Positions 61,501-64,000 of a DNA stretch of 64,000 nucleotides are shown here, piece after piece (positions within the stretch are counted from its first letter, which is position 1; each line of letters begins with the position of its first letter). The notes beneath the pieces were generated by a model. That model worked only from the letters and a program-made list of their open reading frames with translations. It did no database searches and was not told the origin of the DNA. This DNA comes from Phaeosaccion multiseriatum (lineage: Eukaryota > Protista > Ochrophyta, other classes): assembly GCA_965112735.1 (NCBI GenBank), contig OZ218954.1:2232001-2296000 (forward strand), written 5' to 3'. The position numbers were made by a program, and so were the translations under genes.

Positions 61501-61912
61501 TGACGACGCGGGCCGGATGGAGGAGTTGGTAGAGTTGCGTTATAGAGCCAAGCTAGGTGGGAGAGGGGGGGAGGGAGGGGTGGGGGAGGGGGGGAGCGAG
61601 GGAGGGAGCGAGGGAGGGAGCGAGGGAGCGAGGGAGGGAGAGAGAGAGGGAGAGAGAGAGGGAGAGAGGGAGGGAGGGAGGGAGGGAGGGAGAGAGGGAG
61701 GAAGAGAGGGAGGGAGGGAGGGAGGGAGGGAGGGAGGGAGGGAGAGAGGGAGGAAGAGAGGGAGGGAGCGAGGGAGGGAGGGAGCGAGGGAGCGAGGGAG
61801 CGAGGGAGCGAGGGAGCGAGGGAGCGAGGGAGGATGTTGTGATATGATCATTATTGGGGTCTGTGGGATGCCCAATATTGATAACGTCCACACTTGGGAT
61901 CTTCAACTCTGA
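47302..61912 (+). CDS. Giant multidomain protein (~3,700-3,900 aa): hydrophobic N-terminal segments, OTU-like x2, Ulp1/C48-like protease, possible HMG-like segment, Zn-dependent deaminase, long unknown C-terminus
   Basis: Hand-spliced GT-AG exons 47302-47495, 47658-48831, 49022-49771, 49929-51143, 51385-51843, 51975-52112, 52477-52557, 52926-52988, 53252-54817, 55055-55333, 55423-55662, 55819-57120, 57396-59531, 59601-60214, 60346-61912 keep one open frame (11,778 nt). Start and 3' end uncertain. Confidence 0.7.
49064..49650 (+). other. OTU-like cysteine protease domain 1 (divergent)
   Basis: Candidate Cys box VTATTSGQCQ (Cys 49091) and His box LWLAFDGNHYTSI (His 49634), with a basic low-complexity insert between them. 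Confidence 0.55.
49985..50440 (+). other. OTU-like cysteine protease domain 2
   Basis: VATAKEGNCFLWAL (Cys 50019), GEYLGENEIRWLCEYFAIKVTLV, CIGFYSHHFIGL (His ~50421). Confidence 0.75.
52200..52332 (+). repeat. Six direct copies of TAACTCAG in a less GC-rich intronic patch
   Basis: Copies at 52200, 52211, 52221, 52232, 52280, 52325. Confidence 0.9.
53252..53830 (+). other. Ulp1/SENP-like (C48, clan CE) peptidase domain
   Basis: HFFLGVID..IILLETL (His 53543, Glu 53594) ... EQIFLSQDCHVMVL (Gln 53765, Cys 53786): His-acid-Cys order and spacing of clan CE. Confidence 0.7.
56720..57120 (+). other. Zn-dependent cytidine/dCMP-deaminase-fold domain
   Basis: GAHAEPELL (His 56899, Glu 56905) ... LVISTLPCIGCARLL (Cys 56989, 56998) ... 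VIFVGD..GRSILTDAGLEV. Confidence 0.85.
57160..57325. repeat. GGCA/GGCATATG compound repeat in an intron; the same unit occurs in the cyanase intron at ~7240-7290
   Basis: Directly visible. Confidence 0.85.
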
Positions 61913-62600
61913 GGCTCTGGGCCTCGTACTACGTTTATGGTTCTGTTAAAGGGCAATATATATTAGTTGACACACACAACAGCTTACGTATCATAGTGCG
62001 GGAGGGACATCGCAACACGACAATTGTCGCGAACATCTTCACAGCTAGCTGGTTCCGCAATTTAATTGTTCAGCGGCAGAAAACGAAGTGAGTGTAAATC
62101 AACAGGAGACGTAGTGCTGTCTTGCGGTACCCATGCCTGGGGGGCATGCTAGCGGGACAGAGCAGGACGGGGATGGGGACGATGCGTTCCCTGATATCTC
62201 TAGTCCAGGAGTAGGTGGAGGGGATCCACCTTCTCAACAAGACATGTTTATGCTAATGCAGCAGCAGCAGCAGCAGATAGCAAACCTGACCAACTTATTG
62301 GCCAAATTAGACACAGGATCAGCAGCGGGAAGCTCTGTTGTGTCAGGGGCAGGAGGCCCCGGAGGTGCGTCAAGCAGTGGCGGCACCATAGCGGGAGGGG
62401 GAGGCAGCACGGGGGGCAGCAGCGGTAGCAGCAGCTCTCTGATTTGTTTGAGCTACAAGTCAAAGGTGCAAACCTTCTCTTCCGAGCTGAAAGAAGGAAC
62501 AGTTGTAGAGACAGCCGTTCCTGACAGGACAGCCGTTCCTGACAATGAAAGCGAATCGGAGCGGCAGTTAGCTGCTTACGCGAAAGAACTATTGATGACC
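61835..62600 (+). mobile_element. Putative LTR retroelement 5' end: 147-bp LTR-like segment plus gag-like ORF start
   Basis: Abrupt switch from GGGA repeats to AT-richer DNA. TGTTGTG(61835)...CACAACA(61981) inverted termini. ORF from 62133 with MQQQQQQIANLTNLL, a gag-like N-terminus. No clear PBS or pol seen. Confidence 0.45.
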
Positions 62601-63216
62601 GGTTTTGGTGGGGCGAGATGCCCCACTCGGTGAAAGTGGGTATTTTTAGTACCCAATTTTTTTAAAAGTGGGTATTTTTAGTACAGTACCCAATATGGAC
62701 CAGTAGCGCCCCTCCCCCCCCCCCTCCTTTTTGGTGTATCTCTCCCCTCCTCCTCCAAAATATACTACGCTATGATATGACGATTTAATGGTATTACCAC
62801 GATAACAATGGTATTCATATTTACAGACACACTTAGTGTCCGTCCTCAATCATGCATGGCATACAGTAGTAGTCAAAATCGCCTTCCGCAAAACCCTTGC
62901 TGTCGCAAAACTCGACGGTGCACATGTGGTGCACGAGGTTTCCACACGCTCTTTCGGATGGGCAGAGGAACAGCTTGACTTGCGAGGGCTTAGTACAGCC
63001 ATACGAGCATGTGAAGGCCATGTCTCCCTCTCTCAAGCCGCCCAACGACGGCGCTGCTGACGCGGCAGCAGCGGCAGTAGCGGCCGCAGCGGCCGCATCA
63101 GAGGCAGCAGCAGAAGCAGCATCAGAAGCAGTACCAGTACCAGTACGCTGTTTTTTTGGGCCCCCCTTCCCCCACCCCTTCCTCCTCGTCCTCCTCCGGC
63201 TCCGCCTCCTCCTGTT

Positions 63217-63250
<34 letters not shown>

Positions 63251-64000
63251 TGCTGCTGCCACCTCCCTCCTCGTCGTCCTCTGCACCGCTATCACCTCCA
63301 TCCCCCTCCTTCGACTCGTCTGCACCAGTGCCACTTTCCTTCGCCCTCGCCCGCTTCGCCCGTTTTTTCGCGTCCGCCTGCTGCGCGCTCCATAAATTAT
63401 ACACGGTGGTCCACACCAGCTGATTGAAGCGGCGCTTGTGAGAATCAGAACGAGACTTGATGTCAAAGGCGTCTTTGACTGCGTCAAACATGCTTCGCGC
63501 TTCTTCAAGCGTCGGCTTGTCCTTCCAGAGCCCCTTTTCTTTCGCCGCGGATTCAATCGCACCCATCAAACAGCAAAATTTTGACATCCTTCGCTTCTCC
63601 GCCCTCCCCTGCACGTCTGCTGTCGTGAATTCTCGAAGGCGAGGAGTGCCTGTCATCCAAGCATCCCAAGCAGCGCGCACAGTGAAGCTAGGGACCTCAA
63701 AGTGCTCGGGAAGGGTATGCCACCGGCCGTTGTAGAGATACAGAGGTGGCTGATCTGCACCTGCACAAGAAGAAGAAGAGGGCGGGGCGCTGCTCGAACC
63801 CTCACCAAGGCCCAGAGTGCCTGCCTGGTGAGCCGCGAGAAGGTCGCTGAGCCCACTCTTAGAAAAGGCTGCGTCGAGGGTCGTCTGCAGGGCCCTGCTC
63901 ACACCCAGACTGGTGACAGTGCCAGAGGCCTGTGCATTCTCCTCCAGAACGTCACGGATCAGCGTCTCCAAGTCGACCTTGATCGTCTGGCCCAACACCT
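62595..64000 (-). mobile_element. 3' end of a Crypton-like (tyrosine-recombinase) DNA transposon
   Basis: Intronless ORF 63998-63033 with YNGRWHTLPEHFEVPSFTVRAAWDAWMTGTPRLR..KRRMSKF..LM..RRFNQLVWTTVYN, resembling by eye the GCR1_C-like C-terminus of stramenopile Crypton proteins. Subterminal hairpins and repeats at 62607-62700. The YR core would lie beyond the window. Confidence 0.6.

Noticed and set aside
61140-61834. Gly/Glu/Arg-rich C-terminal protein repeat
   Set aside because: A duplicated GGGA/GAGC microsatellite block, probably intronic (possible donor near 61134); not treated as a domain.
47302-61912. Endogenous giant-virus or RNA-virus polyprotein interpretation of the giant gene
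   Set aside because: No capsid, polymerase, helicase or packaging ATPase motif was recognised, and the gene has host-style introns. Not excluded, but unsupported.

Overview
Eukaryotic nuclear DNA with GT-AG introns full of microsatellites. It is most consistent with a flagellated photosynthetic stramenopile (ochrophyte): two genes carry bipartite signal+F plastid leaders and the ciliary gene MKS1 is present. From 1 to 40.4 kb it is a compact housekeeping block: Kelch-BTB, START, a hypothetical gene, cyanase, PI4K, LRR, MKS1, UTP25, a nucleoredoxin-like gene missing from the ORF track, CreA, an alpha/beta-hydrolase with a DnaJ-type Zn finger, and UNC50. Four of these pairs are head-to-head. 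From 40.5 to 64 kb it is an accessory, mobile-element-like island. It holds a broken DUF6729-like transposon gene, degenerate ORF fragments, and a ~14.6 kb gene that I can splice by hand into 15 exons and one open frame of ~3,700-3,900 aa. That protein has hydrophobic N-terminal segments, two OTU-like domains, a Ulp1/C48-like protease, a possible HMG-like segment, an HAE..PCxxC Zn deaminase and >1,000 aa of unassigned sequence. Its 3' end runs into an LTR/gag-like fragment, which appears interrupted by the 3' end of a Crypton-like element. A ~35-40 bp motif recurs in five host introns in both orientations. All domain calls are by eye from motifs; no searches were run.
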